Part shown: positions 20,086 to 32,364 of the stretch, piece after piece
Layout: each line of letters begins with the position of its first letter
How positions within the stretch are numbered: position 1 is the first letter of the stretch
DNA from: an uncultured Thermoleophilia bacterium
GTDB lineage: Bacteria; Actinomycetota; Thermoleophilia; UBA2241
DNA length: 64,000 nt
Direction of reading: 5' to 3'
Assembly (NCBI GenBank): GCA_963696935.1
Contig: CAVOMB010000041.1
Coordinates: 9,066-73,065, forward strand
Program-made: the position numbers and the translations under genes
The notes under the pieces: model-generated
What the model saw: only the letters and a program-made list of their open reading frames with translations
Databases searched by the model: none
Told to the model about the DNA's origin: nothing

Positions 20086-20928
20086 TCAGGGGGCGACGAC
20101 ACCCTCGCGCACGGCCAGCGCGATCCGCAGCGCCTCGAAGTTCGGTTTGACGTCATGCACTCTGAAGACGTGCGCCCCGGCCAGGTAGCCGATCACCGTC
20201 GTCGCCACCGTGCCGGTAGCGCGGCCGGCCGGCTCGGCGCCCAGGATGGCGCCCAGGAACCGTTTGCGCGAGGCGCCGAGCAGCACGGGCCGGCCGAGTG
20301 CGGTGAACCGGTCGAGGCCGTCCAGCAGCGCCAGGTTGTGGGCCACCGTCTTGCCGAACCCTATGCCGGGGTCCACCATGATCTGCTCCTCGCGCACGCC
20401 GCGCGCCAGCGCGAAGGCCATGCGCTCCTCGAGAAAGCCGAGCACCTCATCCACCACGTCGTCGTAGCGCGGGTCCTCCTGCATGGTCTTGGGCATGCCC
20501 TGCATGTGCATGAGGCAGACGGGGCACCCGGTCTCGGCCACGACGTCGACCAGCTCGTCGTCGAACCGCAGGGCGCTCACGTCGTTGATGAGCGCGGCGC
20601 CGGCGGCCAGCGTGCGGCGGGCGACGCCGGCCTTCATCGTGTCGACGGAGATCGGCACGCCGACACTGCCGGCGAGCGCCTCGACCACCGGCAGCACGCG
20701 GCGCAGCTCCTCATCCAGTGTGACCAGCTCGGAGCCCGGCCGCGTGGACTCGCCGCCGATGTCGACGATGGCGGCTCCCTCACGCACCAGCGTGAGGGCC
20801 TGCGCCAGGGCGTCGTCGGCGGCGAAGAACTGCCCGCCGTCCGAGAACGAATCGGGTGTGACATTGACGATCCCCATGACGGCGGGGAACTGGAGGTCGA
20901 GCGAGAAGGTCGGCGCAGCCGTCGACAT
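20086..20928 (-). CDS. folP: dihydropteroate synthase
   Basis: Start at ATG 20928 (MSTAAPTF...VMGIVNVTPDSFSDGG...DIGGESTRPG). The 5' extension in the ORF track overlaps folE and is Arg-rich junk. Confidence 0.93.
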   Translation of the reverse strand: MSTAAPTFSLDLQFPAVMGIVNVTPDSFSDGGQFFAADDALAQALTLVREGAAIVDIGGESTRPGSELVTLDEELRRVLPVVEALAGSVGVPISVDTMKAGVARRTLAAGAALINDVSALRFDDELVDVVAETGCPVCLMHMQGMPKTMQEDPRYDDVVDEVLGFLEERMAFALARGVREEQIMVDPGIGFGKTVAHNLALLDGLDRFTALGRPVLLGASRKRFLGAILGAEPAGRATGTVATTVIGYLAGAHVFRVHDVKPNFEALRIALAVREGVVAP

Positions 20929-20945
20929 CGGTGGGCGGCGCGTCG

Positions 20946-21515
20946 TCAGCGCTGGGCGTTGATGAGCGCGAACACCTCGGCCCGCGTGGCGTCGTTGCTC
21001 TGGATGAGGCCACGCACCGCGCTGGTGACCGTCTTGGCGCCCGGCGTACGCACGCCGCGCATGCTCATGCACAGGTGCTCGGCCTCGATGAGAACGAGCG
21101 CGCCCATGGGCCTGAGCGCAGTCTCGATGGCGTCGGCGACCTCGCTGGTGATGCGCTCCTGCAGCTGCGGCCTCGCCGCCACCTGGCGGACGACCCGCGC
21201 CAGCTTGCTGAGGCCGGCGATGTGGCCGTGGGCGCTCGGGATGTAGGCCACGTGCGCGACCCCGTGGAACGGCAGCAGGTGGTGCTCGCACATCGAGTAG
21301 AAGTCGATGTCCCGGATGAGCACCATCTCACGATGGTGGTCGCCGGGGATCGCCTTGAGCAGCTCGGCCGGGTCGGGCGCGTGGATGCCCGAGAAGATGT
21401 CCTCGTACATGTCCGCCACGCGCTGCGGGGTCTTGAGCAGTCCCGGCCTTTCGGGATCTTCGCCGATCCCCTCGAGGATCAGACGTACCCCCGCCTTGAT
21501 CTTTTCCTGGTCCAT
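20946..21515 (-). CDS. folE: GTP cyclohydrolase I
   Basis: 189 aa. [13 protein letters not shown]...[12 protein letters not shown]...RPQLQERIT. Confidence 0.95.
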   Translation of the reverse strand: MDQEKIKAGVRLILEGIGEDPERPGLLKTPQRVADMYEDIFSGIHAPDPAELLKAIPGDHHREMVLIRDIDFYSMCEHHLLPFHGVAHVAYIPSAHGHIAGLSKLARVVRQVAARPQLQERITSEVADAIETALRPMGALVLIEAEHLCMSMRGVRTPGAKTVTSAVRGLIQSNDATRAEVFALINAQR

Positions 21516-21543
21516 GTGTCGCAGAGGGAGCGCGCCCGGAGGC

Positions 21544-23745
<2,202 letters not shown>

Positions 23746-23841
23746 CGTGACCCTTCTTGACGGGGATGGTCCCCGGAGAGCTCATGCTGGCTGATATGCC
23801 TGCAAATCAGAGCGTCCGGTGACGCTAACATACCCTCACGA

Positions 23842-24408
23842 CTACAGCAAAGAACCCGCTTGGTCGAGAATCTCGTCGGCAGCCTCCTGCGTGAGGACGC
23901 CGATGTAGTCGAGAGTGCGGAAATGGTCGGCGAGGTCGAGGCCGTAGCCGACCACGAACTTGTCGGGGATCTCGAAGCCGACGTACTTGCACGGGATCTC
24001 CGTGCGCCGGCGCGACGGTTTGGTGAGCAGCGCGCAGATCTCGAGCGAGGCCGGCTTGCGGCTGCGCAGGTTCTTGAGCAGGTAGCTCAGCGTGAGGCCC
24101 GAGTCGATGATGTCCTCGACGATGAGCACGTCCCGGCCGGCGATCTCGAGATCGAGGTCCTTGAGGATGCGCACCACGCCGGACGAGTCCGTCGACGAGC
24201 CGTAGCTCGAGACGGCCATGAAGTCGAGGGCCACCGGGACGTCGATGCGCCGCGCCAGGTCGGCCATGAAGAACACCGCCCCCTTGAGCACACCCACGAG
24301 GAGGATCTCCTTGCCCTCGTAGTCCCGGGTGATCTGGGTGGCGAGTTCGTCGATACGGGTGGCCAGAGCCTCCCGGTCGACGAGCACTTCCTCAATCGGC
24401 ACGTTCAC
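23842..24408 (-). CDS. hpt: hypoxanthine phosphoribosyltransferase
   Basis: 188 aa. PRPP motif VLIVEDIIDSGLTL. Confidence 0.93.
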   Translation of the reverse strand: MNVPIEEVLVDREALATRIDELATQITRDYEGKEILLVGVLKGAVFFMADLARRIDVPVALDFMAVSSYGSSTDSSGVVRILKDLDLEIAGRDVLIVEDIIDSGLTLSYLLKNLRSRKPASLEICALLTKPSRRRTEIPCKYVGFEIPDKFVVGYGLDLADHFRTLDYIGVLTQEAADEILDQAGSLL

Positions 24409-25847
24409 GTTCCCTCCTGGACTACGTGCACTGTCAAAAGACTACTGTGGGGCACCCGGTAGCTGTGCGCAACCCTGCCGGGGGGCGCGGCGGGGCCGCC
24501 GACCCAGGCCGCCGCGCCGTCCACGTCGAGCACCACGGCGCGGGGACGCAGGGACGCAGGCACCCGGGCGGCGGCGAGAAAGCGCGCTACCGTGGTCTCC
24601 TCGCCGAGACCTGACGGGGCGAAACGCTCGCCGCGGCGGGGGTGCCGCAGGGTCACGCGCCGGGGCACCGCGGAGACGCCGGCGAAGGCCTCTCCGGCCA
24701 ACGCTGCCCGGCGGTCGAAGGCCGCGCCGGGCAGCAGGCGCAGGCGCCAGCGGCCGCCACAGAACCCGGCCGCGACGCCGGCCGCGCCGGCCGCCTCCAG
24801 AGCCGCTCCGTCCACCGCGACCGGCGCGCACTCGTGCGGCGGTGCGCCCGGGCGCACGTGCAGCAGGCCGCGCTCGCGCACCGCGACCAGGCCGCGACCC
24901 AGGTCGGCGCGCCCGGCGTCGTCCTGGCGCGCCGCGAGCTTCAGGAGCGCCTGCACCAGAGCGCGCTCGACGAGCGCGTCGCCGCCCATCGCGTCGCGCA
25001 CTACCTCATGCAGCACGAGCGCGCGCAGCGCCTCAGGCTCGGCCGCCAGCGCGGCCACGTCCACGGCCGCGAACTCACCCGGCGCCGGCGGGCGCAGCAC
25101 CCGCGCCCGCGCCTCGGCGGTGACGGCGGCCAGCATGTCGGTCTGGGCCGCGGCGAGCTCGGCGCCGGCCGCAAGCGTCTCCGTGAGGCGGGGATTCAGC
25201 GCCTCGAGCAGCGGCAGGACCTCTAGGCGCAGCCGGTTGCGCGCGTACACGCTCGACGCGTTGCTGACGTCCTCCCCGTACTCGACGCCGGCGAGCCGGC
25301 AGTACTCGCGGACTTCCCCGGCGCCCAGCCCGAGCAGCGGCCGCGCCACGTCCCCGTCCCGCGGCCGCATGCCGGCCAAGCCTCGCGGCGAGGCATACTT
25401 GACGAGCCGATACACGACGGTCTCGGCCTGGTCGTCGCGGTTGTGCGCAGTCACCAGCACGTCGCAAGCGTGCCCGGCGGCCACGTCGCGGGCACGGGCG
25501 TACCGGTACTCGCGCGCCCGCGCCTGGAAGTCGGAGCCTGTGAGCGCGCCGTGGAGGCGCTCGACGTACAGTGGCACGCCGGCGGCTGCACAGGCGCGCT
25601 CGACGATGCCCCGGTCGCGGTCCGACCCGGCGCCGCGCAGACCGTAGTCCACGTGGAAGGCCGCGAGGGTCAGACCGAGGTCGAGGCAGCAGTCGGCGGC
25701 GGCGAGCAGCGAGAGCAGCGCCATGGAGTCTGCGCCGCCGGAGAGCATCAGGAGGGCGTGCTCGCCCGCGTGCAGTGCTCCGGTACGCGTGAGGTCGTCC
25801 TCCACACGGCGCCGGAGCCTGAGACACGCGGAGGGCAGACGCGTCAC
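24405..25847 (-). CDS. tilS: tRNA(Ile)-lysidine synthase
   Basis: Start placed at GTG 25847, just after the DsrE-like stop. PP-loop LMLSGGADSMAL. The stop overlaps the hpt start (ATGA). Confidence 0.85.
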   Translation of the reverse strand: MTRLPSACLRLRRRVEDDLTRTGALHAGEHALLMLSGGADSMALLSLLAAADCCLDLGLTLAAFHVDYGLRGAGSDRDRGIVERACAAAGVPLYVERLHGALTGSDFQARAREYRYARARDVAAGHACDVLVTAHNRDDQAETVVYRLVKYASPRGLAGMRPRDGDVARPLLGLGAGEVREYCRLAGVEYGEDVSNASSVYARNRLRLEVLPLLEALNPRLTETLAAGAELAAAQTDMLAAVTAEARARVLRPPAPGEFAAVDVAALAAEPEALRALVLHEVVRDAMGGDALVERALVQALLKLAARQDDAGRADLGRGLVAVRERGLLHVRPGAPPHECAPVAVDGAALEAAGAAGVAAGFCGGRWRLRLLPGAAFDRRAALAGEAFAGVSAVPRRVTLRHPRRGERFAPSGLGEETTVARFLAAARVPASLRPRAVVLDVDGAAAWVGGPAAPPGRVAHSYRVPHSSLLTVHVVQEGT

Positions 25848-25857
25848 TACGAGATCC

Positions 25858-26205
25858 TCAGAACGAGAGGACGCGCTCGCAGCGCACGGTGGCTTCGGCG
25901 AGGTCGTGGATGGTCGCCACGCGTGCGTGCGCGACCAATTCAGCCTCGGTGAGCCCACGGGTCGTGCAGCAGGTGCCGCAGCAACTGACGTCCACGCCCT
26001 TCTCGAGCAGCGCGGCGAGCATGTGCTCGAGCGACACGTGGGCGCCGCGCGGGTCCTGGCCGGCGCGCGCGGCGTTCACCGCGTCGCCCATGAGGAAGAC
26101 CTCGACGTGCTGGTCGCGCACCGCGAGCGCGTCCGCGAGGCGGAACGCGTTGTACGGTCCCTCGCTCCCGTAGGGCGGGGTGTTGACCACCAGCAGCACC
26201 GACAT
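25858..26205 (-). CDS. DsrE/DsrF (YchN)-like sulfur-relay family protein
   Basis: Start at ATG 26205 (AAGGAGG upstream), 115 aa: MSVLLVVNTPPYGSEGPYNAFRLA...SCCGTCCTTRG. Confidence 0.7.
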   Translation of the reverse strand: MSVLLVVNTPPYGSEGPYNAFRLADALAVRDQHVEVFLMGDAVNAARAGQDPRGAHVSLEHMLAALLEKGVDVSCCGTCCTTRGLTEAELVAHARVATIHDLAEATVRCERVLSF

Positions 26206-26341
26206 GTCAAGCCTCCTTGCGAGCCGGCGCCGCGGCGCCGGGGGTGCGACGAGCATAACAGAGGCCGGGGCGCCGGCAGGACCGCCGGAGGCGGCTTCAC
26301 CGGCGCCCCGGCCCCGTGTGGCCGAGCCGCTGTGGCGAGGG

Positions 26342-27091
26342 CTACTCCGTAGCCTCGCCCGGGCCCTCGATCTTGTCGCGCTGGTCCACCTTGACCTCGA
26401 GCAGGTAGCGATAGGCCAAGCCGCCCAGGATGCCACCGACGATCGGGAACACGATGAACACCCAGAGCTGGCTGAGCGCCCAGCCGCGCACGAAAAGCGC
26501 CGGGGCGAGCGAACGGGCGGGGTTCACCGAGGTGTTGTCCACCGGGATCGCGATCAGGTGGATGAGCGTCAGTGTGAGGCCGACGGCCAGCGGTGCAAGG
26601 CCGACCGGCGCTCGGCGGTCCGTGACGCCGTGGATGACGAGTACGAAGACAAGGGTGAGGAGGATCTCGATGACGATGGCCGCCGCGAGGCTGTACCCGG
26701 CCGGCGAGTGCGCGCCGTAGCCGTTCGCGGCGAAGCCGTCGGACAGACTGAAGCCTGCCTTACCGCTCGCGACCACGTAGAGCACGGCGCTCGCGCAGAT
26801 GGCGCCGATCACCTGGGCGACGATGTAGATCGCGACCTTGCCGCCCGGGAACCTCCCGCCGGCCCACAGGCCGATGGTGATCGCCGGGTTGAAGTGCGCT
26901 CCGGAGATGTGGCCGACGGCATAGGCCATGGTCACCACGGTGAGCCCAAACGCGAGCGCCACGCCGAGCCAGCCGATACCGCTGTTGCCCACCGAGGCCG
27001 CAAGTACGGCGGCGCCGGTACCCCCGAAGACGAGCCAGAAGGTGCCGAAGAACTCAGCCACCGCGGCTTTGCCTGTGTTCATATCCACCAC
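26342..27091 (-). CDS. aqpZ: aquaporin Z / MIP-family water channel
   Basis: Two NPA boxes ([18 protein letters not shown]). The start may be the second ATG at 27082. Confidence 0.93.
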   Translation of the reverse strand: MVDMNTGKAAVAEFFGTFWLVFGGTGAAVLAASVGNSGIGWLGVALAFGLTVVTMAYAVGHISGAHFNPAITIGLWAGGRFPGGKVAIYIVAQVIGAICASAVLYVVASGKAGFSLSDGFAANGYGAHSPAGYSLAAAIVIEILLTLVFVLVIHGVTDRRAPVGLAPLAVGLTLTLIHLIAIPVDNTSVNPARSLAPALFVRGWALSQLWVFIVFPIVGGILGGLAYRYLLEVKVDQRDKIEGPGEATE

Positions 27092-27191
27092 TTCTTGACG
27101 TTATCTACTATCGACGCGGTGGTTACCGGATGCACCGCGATTCACACCCGGCGGCCGCGTCACGCGGCATCCCGCTCGTGCCGACGAGCCC

Positions 27192-27223
27192 CGAAACAAG
27201 AAAGGCGCCCGAGAGGGCACCCA
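27192..27223 (-). terminator. rho-independent-type terminator after tRNA-fMet
   Basis: The minus-strand RNA reads GGGUGCC-CUCUCG-GGCGCCU followed by UUCUUGUUU. Confidence 0.5.
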
Positions 27224-27233
27224 GAGAAGAAGA

Positions 27234-27310
<77 letters not shown>

Positions 27311-27402
27311 ACGTTGGACGACAGATTGTATACGTAGCGACACTCGATTGTAAAGTTACCCGGCAGGGACCCTCCTCACGCGCGGCGTAAAGGGCAGGCG
27401 GG

Positions 27403-28527
27403 ATGTTCCGATACACTTCTTTGATGATGGTCGGGCTCAGGGGGACAGGCAAGGGGCACTCCAGGCGGTCGGCGGCGCTCGCCGCCGGTCTTGCCGCGTG
27501 CGTGCTCACCATCCTGGTGCTGGGCGCGGCCCTCGTGCCCGCCGCCGCGCCAGCCTCTCCCTCCGTGGACGACCTCGAATCCCAGGCGGACTCCGTGCGC
27601 CGCGAGGTCGCGCGGCTCGACCACCGCGCCGAGGTGCTCACCGAGAAATACGACGCGGCACGCGCGGCGCTCGACGCGCTCAACATCCGCCTCGGGCAGA
27701 CGCGCGCCGACCTCGAGCGCTCGAGGGCGCAGCTCGACGCGGCCCAGGCGCTGCGCAACGAGCGGCTCGTGACCATGTACAAGAGCGACGACTACGACCT
27801 GCTCGACGTCCTCTTCAACCTCGACGACCTCGGAGACGCCGGCACCCAGCTGGGCTACTTCCGCGCGATCGACAAGGCCGACCAGGACACGGTCACCCGT
27901 ATCACGGCCATGCAGAAGCAGATCCAGAGGCTCACTCGGCAGGCCGAGGACGACCGCGCCGACGCGCTCAAGCGGGAGATGGGCCTGCGCGAGCAGCAGG
28001 CCGCCATCGAGGACGAGCTCGGCGCGCGTCAGCAGTTGCTCACCGACCTCGACGCGCAGGTCAAGAAGCTGCTCGCGCAGCAAGCCAGGCTCGACGCCAC
28101 CGCGTCCGCCCGCCTGGCCAGGGCCGCCGGCGTGGACATGGCCACCATCCACGGCACGCCGGCCCAGATCGCCGTGGTCAAGGAGACGATGAAGTACCTC
28201 GGCATCCCCTACGTGTGGGCCGGGGCGACGCCCTCGGGCGGGTTCGACTGCTCGGGCCTGGTGCTCTACGTGTACGCCAAGTTCGGCATCCAGTTCCCGC
28301 ACGGCGCCACCATGCAGGCGCACATGGGCCACCCCGTGCCCATGCCGCAGGCCCAGCCGGGCGACCTGGTCTTCTTCGGCTATCCGGCCTTCTACCACCA
28401 CGTCGGCATCTACATCGGCAACGGCCTGTTCATCGAGGCGCCGCACACCGGCGACGTCGTCAAGGTGAGCGTGCTGGCCGGCCGCGGCTGCGCGCTCGTC
28501 TGCCGCTACTCGCTCCGCATGCCTTGA
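27403..28527 (+). CDS. secreted NlpC/P60 (C40) peptidoglycan endopeptidase with long N-terminal coiled coil (RipA-like)
   Basis: 374 aa with a signal/TM segment (AALAAGLAACVLTILVLGAAL), a coiled-coil region, and the C-terminal catalytic segment YVWAGATPSGGFDCSGLVLYVY...HHVGIYIG. Confidence 0.88.
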   Translation: MFRYTSLMMVGLRGTGKGHSRRSAALAAGLAACVLTILVLGAALVPAAAPASPSVDDLESQADSVRREVARLDHRAEVLTEKYDAARAALDALNIRLGQTRADLERSRAQLDAAQALRNERLVTMYKSDDYDLLDVLFNLDDLGDAGTQLGYFRAIDKADQDTVTRITAMQKQIQRLTRQAEDDRADALKREMGLREQQAAIEDELGARQQLLTDLDAQVKKLLAQQARLDATASARLARAAGVDMATIHGTPAQIAVVKETMKYLGIPYVWAGATPSGGFDCSGLVLYVYAKFGIQFPHGATMQAHMGHPVPMPQAQPGDLVFFGYPAFYHHVGIYIGNGLFIEAPHTGDVVKVSVLAGRGCALVCRYSLRMP

Positions 28528-28582
28528 CCCCGGTGCTGACGACGGACTGTCGCCGTCCGGCTCGACGCGGTACACTCCGGGC

Positions 28583-28933
28583 ATGCCTTGGTACGTAGTA
28601 CTCATCGTTGCTCTGGTCAGCGTCGCGTTCGTGGTGGCCGTGCTCGTCTCGGTCGGCCTCAAGGGCTGGCGCGTCGCCAAGCACGCCGCAGGCGTGTCGA
28701 GCCGCGTCACGCCCCTGGTCGACGGGCTCACCCGCAGGAGCGACGAGATCACGAACGCCGTGGAGCACCTCTCCGCCGACGCGGAGCAGCTCAACGAGAG
28801 CATCGCCAGCATGCAGCGGTCGCTGGCGCGTCTGCAAGCCATCGGCAAGATGGTCAACGACGCCCTGCGCCCGTTCTACGTCATCTCCGGCTGGCTCTCC
28901 GGCGAGCGCGAGTGGGGCGGCTTGGGCTACTGA
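28583..28933 (+). CDS. hypothetical membrane-anchored protein (N-terminal TM plus helical domain)
   Basis: 116 aa. MPWYVVLIVALVSVAFVVAVLVSVGL followed by a helical, heptad-like region. Family uncertain (DUF948-like at best). Confidence 0.5.
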   Translation: MPWYVVLIVALVSVAFVVAVLVSVGLKGWRVAKHAAGVSSRVTPLVDGLTRRSDEITNAVEHLSADAEQLNESIASMQRSLARLQAIGKMVNDALRPFYVISGWLSGEREWGGLGY

Positions 28934-28978
28934 GTCTGTGACATCCGAGGCGGGCGGCGCAGCTGCCCCCGCCCGAAC

Positions 28979-29060
28979 GCGGACGGGCCCGGGACTCTCC
29001 TCGCGAGGTTCCCGGGCCCGTCCGCGTCTGCCGCCCGCCGCGGTACCTCCGGCGGGCGGC
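28979..29060. terminator. two strong GC hairpins between convergent genes (bidirectional terminator candidates)
   Basis: gcggacgggcccggga...tcccgggcccgtccgc (16-bp arms, 28979..29025) and gccgcccgcc-gcggtacctcc-ggcgggcggc (29030..29060). Confidence 0.5.
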
Positions 29061-29069
29061 CCGTCTGCT

Positions 29070-30815
29070 CTAGTCCTCGAGCGGCGGCAGGTCCCCCCAG
29101 CCGCGCAGGGCGTAGTAGTCCTCGAGCATGGAGACCATCTCCTCCTGCGGGAAGGTCAGGGCTCCCTCGTCCTCCATGGGCTTGTCGGTGACCCACTCGG
29201 GCAGCTTCTCGGTCTGACGGCCGATGCCGCGCGCCGCGTTGAAATCGTGCGTCATGGTGATGATGCGGTTGGCGATCCCGTGCAGGTCGTCCTCGGTGTA
29301 GTCGGTGCCGCTGACGGCGTTGACGACCGCCGTGATGTACGGCCACTGCACCAGGTCGCGGTAGAAGCGGCAGTAGACCAGCGTGTCCATGATGGTCAGG
29401 CGGTCTTCCCAGTCCACGTACACCGGCGGCTTGTCGGCGGTCTCGCCGAAGGTCGTGACGCCCATGAGCTCCGGCTTGTACATGGTGGCGCGCAGGTGGC
29501 AGGCGCCGCGGGCGGTGGTCGCGAACCCCAGGCCCATGCCCTTCATCTTGCGCGGCTCGTAGCCGGCAGGCGTCATGCCCTTCGCGTGTACCACGAGGTC
29601 CTCGAGGCCGTACTCGCTGGCCACTGCGGCCGCGCCCTCAGCCCACAGGTCGCCTATGCCCTCGCGCAAGCAGAGCTTCTCCAGGAAGGCGCCGACGCCG
29701 ACAGGGTCGTTCCAGCCGATCTTCTCGTCGATGAGGCCGCGCTCGGCGCACTCGATGGCGAGCGCGCAGAGATTGCCGGCGTCCATGGTGTCGACGCCGA
29801 GGCGGTCGCAGATGTCGTTGAGCCACATGATCTCGGAGAAATCGGTGATCTCGCAGAGGCCGCCGAACACGTAGGCGGTCTCGTACTCCGGACCCTCGAC
29901 CTCGAGCCCCTTGTGCCGGCCCTCGAAGACGAAGTTGTGCTTGACGCACTTCATGACGCACGGCGGACACATCTCGTTGCGGGTGCCGTGCTCGGCGAGC
30001 ATGGTCTCCACGGTGATGCGCTCGAAGCCCTCGAGCGTACCCTTGCGCCAGTAGCGCGTGGGGAACGCATTGGCGCCGTTCATGATGCGCACCATGTTGA
30101 GGGTGCCGCCGCGCTGGTAGGCGGCCACGCCCGCGTCGTCCTTGCAGCGGTCGACGAGGTCGCGCACGACGGCCTTGAAGTCGTCCGGCCGGGCCACCTG
30201 CACCTTCTTCTCGCCATGCCAAGCGATGCCCTTGAGGTTCTTGGAGCCGTAGACGGCGCCCGGGCCGCCGCGGCCGAGCTGGTGCCAGTAGTTGTTGTTG
30301 ACGCAGGCGAACTTGACCAGCTTCTCGCCCGCCGGCCCGATGACGCAGGCCTGGGCCTTCTTGTTCCCGGTACGCGCGATGATCTCGTCCTCGGCCTTGA
30401 AGGCGTCCATACCCCAGAGGTCGGAGGCGTCGTGGAACCGCGCGCCCTCCTCGCTGATCTCCAGGTAGACGGGCGCGTCGGCCTTGCCCTCGACGATGAC
30501 CACCTTATAGCCCGTACGCGCGAACTGAGGCGTGAGGTTGCCGCCCGAGTAGCACTCGCCGTAGCCGCCGGTGAGCGGCGAGGCGAAGTACAGGGCGTAG
30601 CGGTTGCTGCCGAACATCGGCGTCCCGCCCATTGGACCGACGACGAAGATCAGCTTGTTCTCCGGACTCAGTGGATCGACCTCGGGCGCGACCTCCTGGA
30701 TGAGGTAGTGCGTGCCGATGCCCTTGCCGCCGATGAGCTCCTTGATGAGCTGCGGCGGGACCGTCTCCTCCGAGGTTGTACACGTGGAGAGATCGATACG
30801 TAGTAGATCGCCCAT
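29070..30815 (-). CDS. aldehyde:ferredoxin oxidoreductase family (tungstopterin) enzyme
   Basis: 581 aa. The N-terminal AFOR_N pattern (LLRIDLS...GGKGIGTHYL...PLSPENKLIFVVGPMGGT) and the C-terminal AFOR_C region are typical of AOR. Confidence 0.85.
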   Translation of the reverse strand: MGDLLRIDLSTCTTSEETVPPQLIKELIGGKGIGTHYLIQEVAPEVDPLSPENKLIFVVGPMGGTPMFGSNRYALYFASPLTGGYGECYSGGNLTPQFARTGYKVVIVEGKADAPVYLEISEEGARFHDASDLWGMDAFKAEDEIIARTGNKKAQACVIGPAGEKLVKFACVNNNYWHQLGRGGPGAVYGSKNLKGIAWHGEKKVQVARPDDFKAVVRDLVDRCKDDAGVAAYQRGGTLNMVRIMNGANAFPTRYWRKGTLEGFERITVETMLAEHGTRNEMCPPCVMKCVKHNFVFEGRHKGLEVEGPEYETAYVFGGLCEITDFSEIMWLNDICDRLGVDTMDAGNLCALAIECAERGLIDEKIGWNDPVGVGAFLEKLCLREGIGDLWAEGAAAVASEYGLEDLVVHAKGMTPAGYEPRKMKGMGLGFATTARGACHLRATMYKPELMGVTTFGETADKPPVYVDWEDRLTIMDTLVYCRFYRDLVQWPYITAVVNAVSGTDYTEDDLHGIANRIITMTHDFNAARGIGRQTEKLPEWVTDKPMEDEGALTFPQEEMVSMLEDYYALRGWGDLPPLED

Positions 30816-31023
30816 TCATGCTCCTTCGTGCCGTGAAACAGACACCGCCCCGGCACTCCTCCCGATGCGCCGCGGCCACCCCTGGTCGGCGGAGCCCACC
30901 GTGGCGGGGCGTCACGCACCCCGAACGGAAGGAGCCGCGCCCGGACCTTGCGTCCGTGCGCGGCTCCATTCAATCAGCTTGGCTCAGCAGCGGCCAGTGG
31001 CCGCTGCGTAACCCAATGCTGGC

Positions 31024-32145
31024 TCAGGCGAGCACTTTGTCCAGCGGCGTGTACTTCATCTTGTGAGCCTCGGCCACCGACGGGATGGTGAGCTTGCCAC
31101 GGTACACGTTGACGCCGAGGGCGAGGGCCGCGTCGTCCTTGACGGCCTGCTCGAAGCCCTTGTTGGCGATCGCGAGGCCGTAGGGCAGGGTCGCGCCGGC
31201 CAGCGCCATCGTGGAGGTACGGGCCACGGCGCCAGGCATGTTGGCGACGCAGTAGTGGATCACGCCGTCGACCACATACGTGGGATCGGTGTGCGTGGTG
31301 GGCTTGGAGGTCTCGAAGCAGCCGCCCTGGTCGATGGCGACGTCGACGATCACGCAGCCCGGCATCATGGTCTTGAGCATACTCTTCTTGATCAGGTGCG
31401 GAGCCTGCGCGCCACCGGGGAGGAGGACGCCGCCGACGACGATGTCGGCGTCGACGATCTGCTCGGCGATCGCGGCCTGGGTGGAGAGCACGGTCTCGAC
31501 GGCGCCACCGAAGACGTCGTCGAGATAGGTGAGGCGGGGTGCGTAGCTGTCCATGATGACCGTGCGCGCGCCCATGCCGACGGCGACCTTCGCCGCGTTG
31601 GTGCCCACGGTGCCGCCGCCGATGACGACGACCTTGGCCTTAGGTACGCCGGTCACGCCGCCGATGAGGACACCGCGGCCGCCGTTGTTCTTCTGCAGGT
31701 GCGTGGCGCCAGCCTGGATGGCCAGCTTGCCGGCGACTTCACTCATCGGGAAGAGGAGCGGGTGCGCGCCGTTGGTGAGCTCGACGGTCTCGAACGCGAT
31801 ACCGCGGATGTCGGCCTTGAGCATGCCCTTGGTGAGGTCCTTGGCGTACGCGGCGGCGAGGTGCAGGTACGTGTAGAGGATCTGACCCGGCTTGAACATC
31901 GGCCACTCTTCCGGGAGCGGCTCCTTGACCTTGTAGATCATGTCGGCCTTGGCGAAGACGTCCTTCACCGGAGCAAGGGTCGCGCCGGCGGCCTCGTACT
32001 CTTTGTCGCTGAAGCCCGAGCCGAGGCCGGCGCCGGCCTCGACGATGACCGTGTGGCCCGCGGCCACGAAGTCCTTGACGCCGTTCGGCGTCATTCCGAC
32101 GCGGTACTCCTCGTTCTTGATCTCCTTGGGACAACCGACGATCAT
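31024..32145 (-). CDS. ald: alanine dehydrogenase
   Basis: 373 aa. MIVGCPKEIKNEEYRVGMTP...VVVIGGGTVGTNAA. A 9-bp-arm hairpin (cagcggcca-g-tggccgctg, 30988..31006) follows the stop. Confidence 0.95.
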   Translation of the reverse strand: MIVGCPKEIKNEEYRVGMTPNGVKDFVAAGHTVIVEAGAGLGSGFSDKEYEAAGATLAPVKDVFAKADMIYKVKEPLPEEWPMFKPGQILYTYLHLAAAYAKDLTKGMLKADIRGIAFETVELTNGAHPLLFPMSEVAGKLAIQAGATHLQKNNGGRGVLIGGVTGVPKAKVVVIGGGTVGTNAAKVAVGMGARTVIMDSYAPRLTYLDDVFGGAVETVLSTQAAIAEQIVDADIVVGGVLLPGGAQAPHLIKKSMLKTMMPGCVIVDVAIDQGGCFETSKPTTHTDPTYVVDGVIHYCVANMPGAVARTSTMALAGATLPYGLAIANKGFEQAVKDDAALALGVNVYRGKLTIPSVAEAHKMKYTPLDKVLA

Positions 32146-32364
32146 GACTCCTCCTCGCTACTCATCCCATTCATGGGCTCATGCACGGATGTGCACATCG
32201 CTGTACGCGATTCGGCAGTCTACCAACAACCATCGGCCCAGAAAAGCCCAAAAAGCAAAGAAAGCGCCCACTACTGAACGAAGGCACTGTCCCAAGCGGC
32301 TCAGACCCCGTGCCGCCTCTGGACCATACCAGGGGCTCTCCGCTATCGTAGGCACAGGGTCTGA

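Noticed and set aside
24329-25200. Apparent Arg/Pro-rich repetitive ORFs and GC-rich short repeats (for example ORF 24329..25123(+), and the repeated cggcccgcgggg at 5154..5185) as possible CRISPR or tandem-repeat loci.
   Set aside because: There is no regular repeat-spacer periodicity. The first is the antisense of tilS, and the second is a short duplication in a terminator region.
27311-27402. A c-di-AMP (ydaO-type) riboswitch upstream of the NlpC/P60 hydrolase, which is a common arrangement in Actinomycetota.
   Set aside because: The spacer between the tRNA and the ATG is only 92 nt, too short for that ~130-150 nt element. I saw only a duplicated gattgta motif.
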